Source of the DNA: Clostridia bacterium | Lineage (GTDB): Bacteria > Bacillota > Clostridia > TANB77 > CAG-508 | Direction of reading: 5' to 3' | Assembly: GCA_017939755.1 (NCBI GenBank) | Contig: JAGBAJ010000038.1 | Location: forward strand, 79,216-143,215 | DNA: 64,000 bases | Part shown: positions 7,931 to 17,189 of the stretch, in pieces | How the letters are laid out: each line of letters opens with the position of its first letter | Position numbering within the stretch: position 1 is the stretch's first letter | Notes under the pieces: model-generated | What the model was told of the DNA's origin: nothing | The model's database searches: none | The model's input: the letters and a program-made list of their open reading frames with translations, nothing else | Translations under genes and position numbers: made by a program

Positions 7931-9115
7931 TTGTTTTTTCAAAAGAGTAGAAGCATAATAACTGGATATGTAGAAGCAATTATAGAGGGATATAATATTG
8001 AAAAAGTTATAAATATGTGCAGAAAAGAGCATATATTACTGGAAAATATAAAGAAAAATAGAACGACAATGTTGTGTGTTAATATTCCAGTATATCAATT
8101 TAAGGCAGTAGCAAATATTGCCAAACAGAGCAAGTGTAAAATTAAAATTAAAGAAAAAAAAGGATTACCATTTGTACTAAAAAAATATAGGAAAAGAAAA
8201 ATATTTTTTATATCATTGATAATTCTTTTTGTTGCTCTAATAGCTTTATCAAAATTTGTATGGAATATAGATGTTGTAGGAAATGAAAAGATTTCTAACG
8301 ACGAAATACTTGAAATAGCAAAATCAGAAGGATTAGATATTGGTAAGTTAAAAAAAGGCATTAATTTTAATAATATTGTTGAGAAAATAAGAATGGAAAG
8401 ACAAGATGTTTCATGGGTTGGTATAAAAATGTCTGGAACAAATGTTATTATAGAAGTTGTAGAGGCAGACTTGGCTCCAGATGTAATAGACCAAAATGAA
8501 TATTGTAATATTGTTGCCACTAAAGATGCTGTTATAGATAAAATTTATGCACAAAATGGAACACTACAGGTTAAAGAGGGAGATGTAGTAAAAAAAGGGA
8601 CAATACTTGTATCTGGATGGTTAGAAGGAAAATATACTGGCACAAGATATGTTCACGCAACAGGAAAAGTAGTAGGAAAAGTTTGGTATTCGCAAACAGA
8701 ACGAGTTTACTATAAACAAAAGAAAGTAGAGAAAACAGGCAAGACAGAGCAAAAATATGCTGTAAACATCAATAATTTTGCAATAAATTTGTATAAAACT
8801 CTTTCAAAATTTGAAATTTATGATACAATAAGAACGGAAAAAAAGTTAAAAATTTCTTCAGATTTTTATTTGCCAATTAAAGTTGTAATAAATACAAATT
8901 ATGAAGTAACAGAAGAAGAACAGGTGCTTACAAAAGATGAGGCTAAAGAGCAAGCAATAAATGAAGCAAGAAAAAAATTAATGGAACAGATTGGTGATGA
9001 AGGAAATTTTATTAATGAATATATAAATACCAGTGAGTGTGATGAATATATAGATGTAGAGGTCATATATGAAGTACACGAAAATATTGGAACCGAAGAA
9101 AAAATAGCATTATGA
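7931..9115 (+). CDS. yqfD: Sporulation protein YqfD (stage IV)
   Basis: About 390 aa with a single central TM (IFFISLIILFVALIAL). Conserved position after yqfC. TTG start after GGAGGAG. TGA stop. Confidence 0.8.
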   Translation: MFFQKSRSIITGYVEAIIEGYNIEKVINMCRKEHILLENIKKNRTTMLCVNIPVYQFKAVANIAKQSKCKIKIKEKKGLPFVLKKYRKRKIFFISLIILFVALIALSKFVWNIDVVGNEKISNDEILEIAKSEGLDIGKLKKGINFNNIVEKIRMERQDVSWVGIKMSGTNVIIEVVEADLAPDVIDQNEYCNIVATKDAVIDKIYAQNGTLQVKEGDVVKKGTILVSGWLEGKYTGTRYVHATGKVVGKVWYSQTERVYYKQKKVEKTGKTEQKYAVNINNFAINLYKTLSKFEIYDTIRTEKKLKISSDFYLPIKVVINTNYEVTEEEQVLTKDEAKEQAINEARKKLMEQIGDEGNFINEYINTSECDEYIDVEVIYEVHENIGTEEKIAL

Positions 9116-9119
9116 AAGG

Positions 9120-10373
9120 ATGAATGACATGGAAGAAAAAAGCTTAAGAGTTTATGAGACTGAAAAAACATTTTTTTCTAAGATTGGAAATACGCTAAAT
9201 AGATTGCTAACTCCAGGTAAATTAGGAATAAATAACGTAATTGTATCTATAAAAAGAAATAGTATGCTTAAAAGTTATGAAAACTATATAGAAAATGAAA
9301 AAAACAATGATAGAAAAGGCGTATATCTAAAAAAATACGAAGAAGCATATTCTCTATATTTAGATTGTATTGATAAAAATGTTATCGAAGCAATATACAA
9401 AAAAGTTAAAAATAATACCGCAACAGAGTTTGAGAAGAATGCTTTGTCAAGATATTATAATATAATTCACCTTAAGGATATTGACTACACAGAATATAAA
9501 AATAAAAAACAAAAATTCTTATTAGAGATTGATTACGAGAATGTGCAGGCCTCTGGCAAAATTAAGCTTGCTAACAGATATGAAGCTTTTTATATGGATA
9601 AAACAGAAACTTTATATAAAAATATTGTAAAGCAATACTCAGTAAAATTATTGGAGGATAATTCGGATAGTGAAAAAAATGAAATATACAACAAAATATT
9701 CTCAATTATAGAAGAGTACGTCACAAATGTCCTTCCAAAGAAGATAGAGCAAGATCCAACTAAAGAGCTTTATATTGAAATTAATGATGAGTATGAAGAA
9801 TTTAAAGCCCTTAAAGTTAATAAGTTAGATCAAAATGATATTATTGAAAAAAATATGCTTTTACTAGGATTAAGTAGAAGGCTATTTACACATAGTTTAC
9901 CTCTTGGTGTTGCAGAGCAATGCTACACTAAATTATTAAATGATTTAAGAGATTTAATTGTTGATACAAGAATATCAAAAAAGAGAGACAGAGCATTTAA
10001 TTTATTAATAAGATTTATAGAAGAGTTTAACTTAAAAATATTATCTACAAAAGTATATTGGGATAATGCAGAAGAAAAAAATGCATTTAGAGAGTTTTGG
10101 AAAAAATATCAAGACCTAGATAAAATCGAAGATGCAAGCGATAAAGAAAAGCAGAAAAAAATAATATTTATACAAAATGAATTGAGGTCAGTTAGATCTA
10201 ATGAAAACAAGTATAATAAAATAATTTCATTCTATAAATCAAAATTAGTAGAACTTGGAGTATTAAAAGTATTACCAAGTAAATGTAGAACAATGAAAGC
10301 TGGAAGTGTATACGTTCAGGATTTATTTGAAGCTAAGAGAAATAAAGCTAAGGCAAAGGTGAAAAAGAAATAA
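9120..10373 (+). CDS. Hypothetical K/E/N-rich protein (417 aa)
   Basis: Long ORF tightly packed between yqfD and ybeY (stop/start overlap ATAATG at 10373). No motif recognised. Alternative ATG at 9129. Confidence 0.6.
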   Translation: MNDMEEKSLRVYETEKTFFSKIGNTLNRLLTPGKLGINNVIVSIKRNSMLKSYENYIENEKNNDRKGVYLKKYEEAYSLYLDCIDKNVIEAIYKKVKNNTATEFEKNALSRYYNIIHLKDIDYTEYKNKKQKFLLEIDYENVQASGKIKLANRYEAFYMDKTETLYKNIVKQYSVKLLEDNSDSEKNEIYNKIFSIIEEYVTNVLPKKIEQDPTKELYIEINDEYEEFKALKVNKLDQNDIIEKNMLLLGLSRRLFTHSLPLGVAEQCYTKLLNDLRDLIVDTRISKKRDRAFNLLIRFIEEFNLKILSTKVYWDNAEEKNAFREFWKKYQDLDKIEDASDKEKQKKIIFIQNELRSVRSNENKYNKIISFYKSKLVELGVLKVLPSKCRTMKAGSVYVQDLFEAKRNKAKAKVKKK

Positions 10374-10852
10374 TGGATGATATAGTAGAAATTAATTATA
10401 TAGAAACAGATGAAAATCCAGAAAATGAAAAAATAATAGAAACAGTTCTAAAAGCTTGTTATAAAGAAGAAAAAATGGACAAGTTGGGGTTATATGTAAG
10501 TGTAACTTTAACTTGTCCGTCATATATAAGAAAAATAAATAAGCAATATCGAGAGATTGACAAAGAGACAGATGTACTATCATTTCCTATGTTTGAAAAA
10601 GAAGAAATTGATAAGATGGTAGAAAATCAGAGCAACCAAATAAAAGACATATTTGGAGATATTATTGTATCTGTTGATAGAGTAAAAGAGCAAGCTACCG
10701 AATATGGACATAGTTTTGAGAGAGAATTAGCATATATGATAGTGCATGGTTTTTATCATTTAAGAGGATATGATCATATGACAGATGATGAAAAAGTTGT
10801 TATGAGAGAGAAAGAAGAAGTTATATTAGAAAGATTAAAAATAACTAGATAG
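10373..10852 (+). CDS. ybeY: rRNA maturation endoribonuclease YbeY
   Basis: HGFYHLRGYDH zinc-binding motif (HGxLHLxGYDH). Confidence 0.92.
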   Translation: MDDIVEINYIETDENPENEKIIETVLKACYKEEKMDKLGLYVSVTLTCPSYIRKINKQYREIDKETDVLSFPMFEKEEIDKMVENQSNQIKDIFGDIIVSVDRVKEQATEYGHSFERELAYMIVHGFYHLRGYDHMTDDEKVVMREKEEVILERLKITR

Positions 10853-10860
10853 GGGAAAAT

Positions 10861-11011
10861 GTGAAAGATAATTGATTTTTGCATCGTTAAATTTCACTTT
10901 AAATCTAATCAATGTGCAAAAAGCACGCCTCATAGATTTAAAACTCATTTGCCTTGCAAAAATGCAATTCTTTTTCATATTAGATTTTGTAGAGAAGGAA
11001 TGGAGAATTTT
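10861..11011 (+). repeat. Family A MITE-like element plus SD module (copy A2) between ybeY and era
   Basis: About 90 % identical by eye to 1255-1408. Ends ...TAGATTTTGTAGAGAAGGAATGGAGAATTTT followed by the ATG. Confidence 0.85.
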
Positions 11012-11917
11012 ATGAGCGAGGAATTTAAATCGGGATTTGTCTCAATGATGGGGAGAACTAATGTAGGAAAGTCAAGTATAATGAATAGTTTGGTTAAAGA
11101 AAAAGTAGCTGCAATAGCAAATAAACCACAAACAACAAGAAATGCTATAAGAGCCATTGTTAACAGAGACAACCTACAAATAGTTTTTATTGATACACCT
11201 GGTATTCATAAACCAAAATCGAAACTTGGAAATGTAATGGTTGAAACTGCTTTTGGCGTCGTTCCAGATGTTGATGTTGTGTTATTTGTTATTGAGGCTA
11301 CATCCGATAGCATTGGAAAAGGTGATAGAATTATTCTTGATAGAATAAAAGAGTCCAATAAAAAGGCAATTTTAATAATTAATAAAATCGATTTGGTAAG
11401 GAGAGAAAGTATTGCTAAACTTATTGATTTATATAAAGATGAGTATAATTTTGAAGCGATAATTCCTGTATCTGTTGAAAAAAATATAAATATGGATGCA
11501 ATAATTGATGAAATTAGTAAACATTTAAAAGTTGGTCCTGCATATTATGATATAGAGGAATATACAGACCAAACTTTAAGACAGTTAGTAGAAGAAATTA
11601 TTAGAGAAAAAGCATTAAGGCTTCTAAATGATGAAGTTCCTCATGGAATATATGTAGAAACAGAAAAAATGAAAGAGCGTGAATCTAAGTCAGGAGAACC
11701 TATATACGATGTTGATGCAACAATATATTGTTTAAGAAATTCTCACAAGGGAATAATTATTGGAAAAGACGGAAATATGCTCAAAAAAATTGCATCGTAT
11801 GCAAGAATGGATTTGGAGAAAATGCTAGATGTAAAAATAAATTTAAAGGTATGGGTTAAAGTCAAAGAAGATTGGCTAAATAATGATAGTCTTGTTAAAA
11901 AATTTAAATTACAATAG
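11012..11917 (+). CDS. era: GTPase Era
   Basis: GFVSMMGRTNVGKSS (G1), DTPG (G3), NKID (G4), and a C-terminal KH domain. The start is taken at the ATG after GGAG. The upstream 21 codons are repeat read-through. Confidence 0.95.
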   Translation: MSEEFKSGFVSMMGRTNVGKSSIMNSLVKEKVAAIANKPQTTRNAIRAIVNRDNLQIVFIDTPGIHKPKSKLGNVMVETAFGVVPDVDVVLFVIEATSDSIGKGDRIILDRIKESNKKAILIINKIDLVRRESIAKLIDLYKDEYNFEAIIPVSVEKNINMDAIIDEISKHLKVGPAYYDIEEYTDQTLRQLVEEIIREKALRLLNDEVPHGIYVETEKMKERESKSGEPIYDVDATIYCLRNSHKGIIIGKDGNMLKKIASYARMDLEKMLDVKINLKVWVKVKEDWLNNDSLVKKFKLQ

Positions 11918-12000
11918 CGAATAAAATATTAAAAAATAGCAAAAGATATGGATATATAAATTAGATATAATTTACGATATCAGGTTGGGAGATGATTCAT

Positions 12001-12183
12001 ATGATAAAACAAATGGCATGGAACACTTTTAAAAACACGGGGGATATTAATACATTCTTAGAGCTAGTACAGCTTGAAAGTATAGAAAAAAACAATATAG
12101 AAAAAATGAGTTTAGATAATAACACTAAGGTGAATGAGTATGGGGAACATAAAGACAAAGGGGATAATATTATTAGAGAATAA
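12001..12183 (+). CDS. yqzL: YqzL-like small protein
   Basis: MAWNTFKNTGDINTFLELVQLE resembles the YqzL family. Conserved slot between era and recO. It overlaps the recO start. Confidence 0.6.
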   Translation: MIKQMAWNTFKNTGDINTFLELVQLESIEKNNIEKMSLDNNTKVNEYGEHKDKGDNIIRE

Positions 12184-12865
12184 TATGGGCGATTTTGACA
12201 AGATGGTAACTTTGTTAACACCTTTTGGAAAAATCGGATGTGCGGCAAAAGGAGCTAGAAGAAATAACAGCTCCTTGATGGCTGGTACACAGTACTTGTG
12301 TTTTGGCGAATATATGATTTTTAAAGGAACAAATTCATATAAAATAAATTCCTCAGAAACGATAGAGGTATTTTACAATATAAGAACAGACTTAGATAAG
12401 CTCAAGTATGCGGTACATATTACAAAAATAGTTAATGATGTAACAGATGAAAATCAAAACACCTATAGAATATTACAGTTACTATTAAATACACTTTATA
12501 TTATATCAGAAACAGATAAAAATTTAACATTAGTATTATCTATATTTAGATTGCGTTTATTATGTGTTTTAGGGTTCAAGCCTCAGACCAACAAATGCTG
12601 GCATTGTGGTGTAACATCAAATATAAATTTTTTTAGTATAAGAGATAATTCTGTAAAATGTGAAAATTGTGGAAGAGCAGATAAGTCTGCAATTTCAATA
12701 AGTCCTAGTACATATGACGCCATAAGATATGTAGTAGGGGCAGATGCAAAAAGGATTTTTTCATTTGATATACCAGAAGATGCAATTAAGGAGTTTGATT
12801 TAGTTACAAAAATATTTCTAAATGAAAAATTAGAAAAGGAATATAAGTTAGAAAACCTTTGGTAA
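12134..12865 (+). CDS. recO: DNA repair protein RecO
   Basis: N-terminal OB region (KGIILLENNMGDFDKMVTLLTPFGKIGCAAKGARR) and a C4 zinc motif (CWHCG...CENCG). Alternative ATG at 12140. Confidence 0.9.
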   Translation: MSMGNIKTKGIILLENNMGDFDKMVTLLTPFGKIGCAAKGARRNNSSLMAGTQYLCFGEYMIFKGTNSYKINSSETIEVFYNIRTDLDKLKYAVHITKIVNDVTDENQNTYRILQLLLNTLYIISETDKNLTLVLSIFRLRLLCVLGFKPQTNKCWHCGVTSNINFFSIRDNSVKCENCGRADKSAISISPSTYDAIRYVVGADAKRIFSFDIPEDAIKEFDLVTKIFLNEKLEKEYKLENLW

Positions 12866-12877
12866 CAATTAATAGTT

Positions 12878-13075
12878 AAAATTCACAGCTAAATAATAAA
12901 GATTAGTGATATAGTGTAAATTTATAATATTACGCCCCAACTGCATAAGAAAATTTATATTTTTACTGTGTTGTAAAAATTAAATTCTCTAATTTGCTGG
13001 TCCTCACCTTAACTTCATATTATAAATTTACACTATATCACTAATCTTATATGAAAATAAGTTAAGTTGTGAGTT
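12878..13075 (+). repeat. Family R palindromic MITE-like element (copy R1)
   Basis: A 32-bp perfect stem (12899-12930 with 13017-13048) flanks the core TACGCCCCAACTGCA...TTTGCTGGTCCTCACCTTAACTTC. Outer ends are AAATTCACAGCT and a degenerate AAGTTGTGAGTT. Confidence 0.85.
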
Positions 13076-13118
13076 GGAACAATCAACATAATTTTCTATC
13101 AAAAAATAAAAAAAGCTC

Positions 13119-13147
13119 TTGCATAAAAATATACAATATGATAATAT
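13119..13147 (+). promoter_or_regulatory. Putative sigma-A promoter of the 6S-like RNA
   Basis: TTGCAT (13119-13124), 17-nt spacer, TAATAT (13142-13147). Confidence 0.5.
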
Positions 13148-13164
13148 AATTATAACAAATGAAT

Positions 13165-13360
13165 AGCTATTCTAATCCCTGCATAGTGCGTGTAGACTGA
13201 AATTTTAGAACCAACGCGGATTAAACGGGAATCTGCCTTTGGATGTGGCGTGCAAGCTTAACTCGTATTAAGAAGCCCAGAAGCATTCAACAAGATACCC
13301 ACCTGTGAAAGCAGGTCCTTAAAATTTCACTAATCCTTACGGCTAAAGCGGGGCTCTTTT
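13165..13360 (+). ncRNA. ssrS: 6S RNA (SsrS)-like regulatory RNA
   Basis: About 195-nt non-coding rod. The 5' TCCCTGC pairs with the 3' GCGGGG, and TGAAATTTTA (13198-) pairs with TAAAATTTCA (13319-). From memory, it contains blocks reminiscent of E. coli and B. subtilis 6S (GATGTGGCG, GAAGCC, CATTCA, CCCACCTG...GCAGGTC hairpin). It has its own promoter and a downstream terminator. Confidence 0.65.
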
Positions 13361-13390
13361 ATATACTAGAGAAGGTTAGAATAATTATTA

Positions 13391-13437
13391 GCAGACTGAA
13401 GATGCGAAGAAGATAAGAATTCAGTCTGCAATTTTTG
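13391..13437 (+). terminator. Rho-independent terminator
   Basis: 10-bp stem GCAGACTGAA / TTCAGTCTGC followed by AATTTTTG. Confidence 0.75.
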
Positions 13438-13474
13438 TATTATAAAATATAAATAAAATTAAGAGGACAAATAT

Positions 13475-14317
13475 ATGAATATAAAAGATATTATAAATTA
13501 TGGAAAGAATTATCTTAATGAAAACAATGTAGATGATTATGAGACCATTGTAAAAATAATAGTTGAATATGTCTTTAAGATAAATAAAAATGAGTTTATT
13601 TTACACTACGAAGATGAAGCAGATGAACTTGCGGTTTTCGATTATAAGCGTTATTTAAAACAGATTGCAGATGGAGTGCCAATTCAATATATAACAAATA
13701 AACAGGAGTTTATGAATCTTAATTTTTATGTAGATGAGAATGTTTTAATTCCTCAACCTGATACAGAGACACTTGTTGAAGAGGTTATAAGTATTTACAA
13801 AGATACAAAATGCGAGATACTAGACCTATGTACAGGAAGTGGTGCAATTGGCATATCTTTGGCAAAATATATCAGTGAATCATATGTTACAATTAGCGAT
13901 ATAAGCCAAAAGGCAATTCAAATTGCAAAATTAAATTCCGAAACAAATCAAGTACATAATAAAATGGAATATTACGAATCAGATATGTTTACGAACATTG
14001 AAAAAAAGCAATATGATATAATTGTTTCAAATCCACCATATATAGAAACTTCAATTATTGAGGCATTAGACAAACAGGTAAAACATGAACCATATATTGC
14101 GTTAGATGGTGGAAGTGATGGACTTAAATTTTACAAAATAATTGTAAAAAATTCACCAGACTATTTAAAAAATGGCGGAAGACTATTTCTAGAGATAGGA
14201 TATAACCAAAAGGATTCAGTTATGAAACTTTTAGAGGAAAGCAAAAATTATAGTAATATATATTCTAAAAAAGATTTAGGAGGAAACGACAGAATTATTG
14301 TTGCTACGAGGAGGTAA
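13475..14317 (+). CDS. prmC: Release-factor glutamine N5-methyltransferase PrmC (HemK)
   Basis: ILDLCTGSGAIGI (SAM motif) and IVSNPPYI (NPPY). Confidence 0.9.
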   Translation: MNIKDIINYGKNYLNENNVDDYETIVKIIVEYVFKINKNEFILHYEDEADELAVFDYKRYLKQIADGVPIQYITNKQEFMNLNFYVDENVLIPQPDTETLVEEVISIYKDTKCEILDLCTGSGAIGISLAKYISESYVTISDISQKAIQIAKLNSETNQVHNKMEYYESDMFTNIEKKQYDIIVSNPPYIETSIIEALDKQVKHEPYIALDGGSDGLKFYKIIVKNSPDYLKNGGRLFLEIGYNQKDSVMKLLEESKNYSNIYSKKDLGGNDRIIVATRR

Positions 14318-14320
14318 GAC

Positions 14321-15202
14321 ATGTCTTTTGGATCACAAGTAAAAGAAGAGCTAAGTAAAATTAATAATTTAGCAAAAAAAGACCAAGTAAAAATGGAATT
14401 ATGTGGATACTTAATAAGCTCTAATACAAGTATTATTGGTAAGAAGATAAAATTTTCAACAGAAAGCGAATATAATATTAATAGATTTGCTAAATTACTA
14501 AAAAATTGTGGAATAGACAATTATACAATTAATATAAAAGGAAAGAAGTTTTTTATAGAGTTTAAAATTCCTGAAAAGAATGCTATCTTTGAGATAGATG
14601 AAAATTCATGTAAAATAAATAAATATGAGAGCACAGAATTTGGAGATAAAGCTTTAGTTAGAGGTGTATTTTTAGGTGGAGGATATGTTAATAATCCAGA
14701 GAAGAAATATCATATGACTATTAATCTTAGCACAGAGCAAAATTTAGATTTTATATGCAACATTTTAAAAAAATATACAATTTTTGCAAAAAAATTGGAA
14801 AGTGATAGTATGCATACATTGTATCTTAAAGAGGGCGAAGAAATATCAAAATTATTGGCATTTGTTGGAGCAAATACATCAGTATTAAAATTTGAAGAAA
14901 CGAGAGTAATAAGAGATACAAGTAATAACTTAAATAGAATAGTAAATTGTGAGACGGCCAACCTTACAAAAACAATTCAAGCGGGGAAAAAACAAATTGA
15001 TGATATAAAGTATATCAAAGCAAAGAGAAAGTTTAGTGAACTTCCAGAGAACCTACAAATTATTGCAAATTTAAGATTAAAATACCCAGAGGCCTCACTT
15101 ACAGAACTTGTAAAAATTATGGACAACTCAATATCAAGATCTGGAATAAGTCATAGATTATCAGCAATATCAAAGTTCGCTGATGAGATAAGAAGTAGAT
15201 GA
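14321..15202 (+). CDS. whiA: DNA-binding protein WhiA
   Basis: MSFGSQVKEEL start, LAGLIDADG-like middle region (RGVFLGGGYVNNPEKKYH) and a C-terminal HTH. TGA stop. Confidence 0.88.
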   Translation: MSFGSQVKEELSKINNLAKKDQVKMELCGYLISSNTSIIGKKIKFSTESEYNINRFAKLLKNCGIDNYTINIKGKKFFIEFKIPEKNAIFEIDENSCKINKYESTEFGDKALVRGVFLGGGYVNNPEKKYHMTINLSTEQNLDFICNILKKYTIFAKKLESDSMHTLYLKEGEEISKLLAFVGANTSVLKFEETRVIRDTSNNLNRIVNCETANLTKTIQAGKKQIDDIKYIKAKRKFSELPENLQIIANLRLKYPEASLTELVKIMDNSISRSGISHRLSAISKFADEIRSR

Positions 15203-15218
15203 ATGAAGGGATAATTTT

Positions 15219-16385
15219 ATGAAAGAAATAGGTGTGTATATCCATATACCTTTCTGCAGACAAAAGTGTTATTATTGTGATTTTTGTTCATTAGTAAGTA
15301 ACGAAGATATTTATAAACAATATATTAATTGTTTGTTATCAGAAATAGAAAACTATAAAATAAAATTGATAAATCTACCACATGAATGGCATGAGGAAAA
15401 ATTAATTGTAAAAACTATATACATAGGTGGAGGAACTCCATCTATTATTAATGATGAATATATTGTTGACATTATAAGAAAAATAAAGGAAAAATTTACT
15501 GTTGACGAAAATGCAGAAATAACAATAGAGGTTAATCCAGGAACTATAACAGAGAAAAAGCTTCATAGCTATTATGATGCAGGAATTAATAGAATAAGTA
15601 TAGGACTGCAAACGACTAATGATAAACTTTTAAAAGTTATTGGTAGAATACATAATTTTAATGAGTTTGAAAATGCATATAAACTTGCTAAAAGCGTTGG
15701 TTTTTCAAATATAAATGTAGATTTAATGATAGGCCTTCCAACACAAACAATTGTTGATGTAGAGCAAAGTTTAAATCAAATTATTAATAAGAATCCAAAG
15801 CATATATCTGTGTATTCATTAATATTAGAAGAAAATACTATATTAGAAAAAAAGATAAGAAGCGGAGAGCTTGTTTTGCCAAACGAAAACGATGAAAGAG
15901 CTATGTATTGGAAAGTAAAAAATATACTCGAAAAAAACGGATATTCGCAATATGAAATTTCAAATTTTAGTTTAAAAGGTTATGAGTCAAAACATAATAC
16001 CGATTGTTGGAATCAAAAGGAATATTTAGGGTTTGGACTTGCTGCGCATTCGTATTACAACAATATTAGATTTTCAAATTTGTGTAATTTAGACGATTAC
16101 TTAGGAAATATAAAAAAGGAAGACTTTTGTTCAAATATTCAAATTCATGAGGTCCAAAAATCTGAGGATAAAATGAATGAGTATGTTATTTTAAAATTAC
16201 GTACAATGCAAGGGGTGAACTTTCAAATATTTAAGAAAATATTTAAAATAGATTTTATGAAAAAATATAAATCAAAAGTTGAGAAATTGGTAAAGCAGGG
16301 TTTAATTGAAATAAGTGATTACGGCGTAAGGCTATCTATCAAAGGTATTGATTTTGCCAATGTAGTATGGTGTGAATTCGTATAA
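15219..16385 (+). CDS. hemW: Radical SAM heme chaperone HemW (HemN-like)
   Basis: YIHIPFCRQKCYYCDF (CxxxCxxC), IYIGGGTPS, and a C-terminal HemN_C-like region. Confidence 0.9.
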   Translation: MKEIGVYIHIPFCRQKCYYCDFCSLVSNEDIYKQYINCLLSEIENYKIKLINLPHEWHEEKLIVKTIYIGGGTPSIINDEYIVDIIRKIKEKFTVDENAEITIEVNPGTITEKKLHSYYDAGINRISIGLQTTNDKLLKVIGRIHNFNEFENAYKLAKSVGFSNINVDLMIGLPTQTIVDVEQSLNQIINKNPKHISVYSLILEENTILEKKIRSGELVLPNENDERAMYWKVKNILEKNGYSQYEISNFSLKGYESKHNTDCWNQKEYLGFGLAAHSYYNNIRFSNLCNLDDYLGNIKKEDFCSNIQIHEVQKSEDKMNEYVILKLRTMQGVNFQIFKKIFKIDFMKKYKSKVEKLVKQGLIEISDYGVRLSIKGIDFANVVWCEFV

Positions 16386-16463
16386 ATTTATTAATAAAAG
16401 CTTGTAAAAATTAGTATAAATTGATATACTAATGATGCAAAATATATCATAGGAGGTATTTTT

Positions 16464-16886
16464 ATGGAAAACGAAAATAATAATGAAATGATTGATACAA
16501 GCGCTAATGAAATAGTGGTAAATAGTGAGGATAATAATAAAATTAGAATAGCTGATGAGGTTGTTGCTGTAATTGCTGGAAAAGCTGTATCAGAAATACA
16601 TGGGGTATCAGAAATGTCTGGTGGTTTTGCAGGTGGAATAGGCGAAGTTCTAAGCGGAAAGAAAAATCTTGCAAAAGGAATTAAAGTAGTTGTTACAGAA
16701 AAAGATGCTAAAATTGATGTAAATATTATTGTAGAATATGGAGTTAGAATACCAGAGATCGCATTTGAAATTCAAACAAAGGTAAAAAAAGCAGTAGAAA
16801 CAATGACAGGATTAAAAGTTACAGAAGTAAATGTTCATGTTCAAGGTGTAAATACAAACATTGAGAAAAAAGAAGGAATGGAATAA
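16464..16886 (+). CDS. Asp23/Gls24-family alkaline shock protein
   Basis: IADEVVAVIAGKAVSEIHGV...VNIIVEYGVRIPEIAFEIQTKVKKAVETMTGLKV is typical of Asp23. Confidence 0.88.
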   Translation: MENENNNEMIDTSANEIVVNSEDNNKIRIADEVVAVIAGKAVSEIHGVSEMSGGFAGGIGEVLSGKKNLAKGIKVVVTEKDAKIDVNIIVEYGVRIPEIAFEIQTKVKKAVETMTGLKVTEVNVHVQGVNTNIEKKEGME

Positions 16887-16894
16887 TAAAATAG

Positions 16895-16932
16895 CTAAAT
16901 TGAGCTGTAAATATAAGCTCAATTTAGTTTTG
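16895..16932 (+). terminator. Rho-independent terminator
   Basis: 12-bp stem CTAAATTGAGCT / AGCTCAATTTAG followed by TTTTG. Confidence 0.75.
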
Positions 16933-17175
16933 TATTTATATATTAGGAAAGTCATGCTGATTTTTCCTAATATATAAAAAAGGCTTCGCCGAAAACAGAT
17001 GCACATCGATTAGCCGTGCGTAACGAAGTTAAGATAGCTGTGCGAATGAAATGAGCTACAGATATCTTATGCAAAGCTTAGCTACGGATAATACATGCGC
17101 CGAACAAATTCACGGAAAATCTTCGGTTTCCAGATTTGTTCTCTAATATGGAAAGTAGAACTTTCCTAAATACGT
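16931..17175 (+). repeat. Family B mosaic repeat (copy B3)
   Basis: Hairpin module TATATATTAGGAAAGTCATGCTGATTTTTCCTAATATATA, then GGCTTCGCCGAAAACAGATGCACA, ...ACGGATAATACATGCGCCGAACAAATTCACGGAAAATCTTCGGTTTCCAGATTTGTTCT. Confidence 0.8.
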
Positions 17176-17189
17176 AAAGAAGGTTAGAT

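Noticed and set aside
11992-12000. Start of the yqzL-like gene at ATG 11992.
   Set aside because: GGGAG abuts this ATG with no spacing. The ATG at 12001 has a 9-nt spacing and gives a product closer to the YqzL family size.
13160-13437. A T-box or riboswitch leader controlling prmC.
   Set aside because: There is no T-box sequence (AATTAGGGTGGTACCGCG-like), no specifier or K-turn features, and no recognisable riboswitch core. The rod-like fold and 6S-like blocks fit a stand-alone RNA ending at its own terminator.
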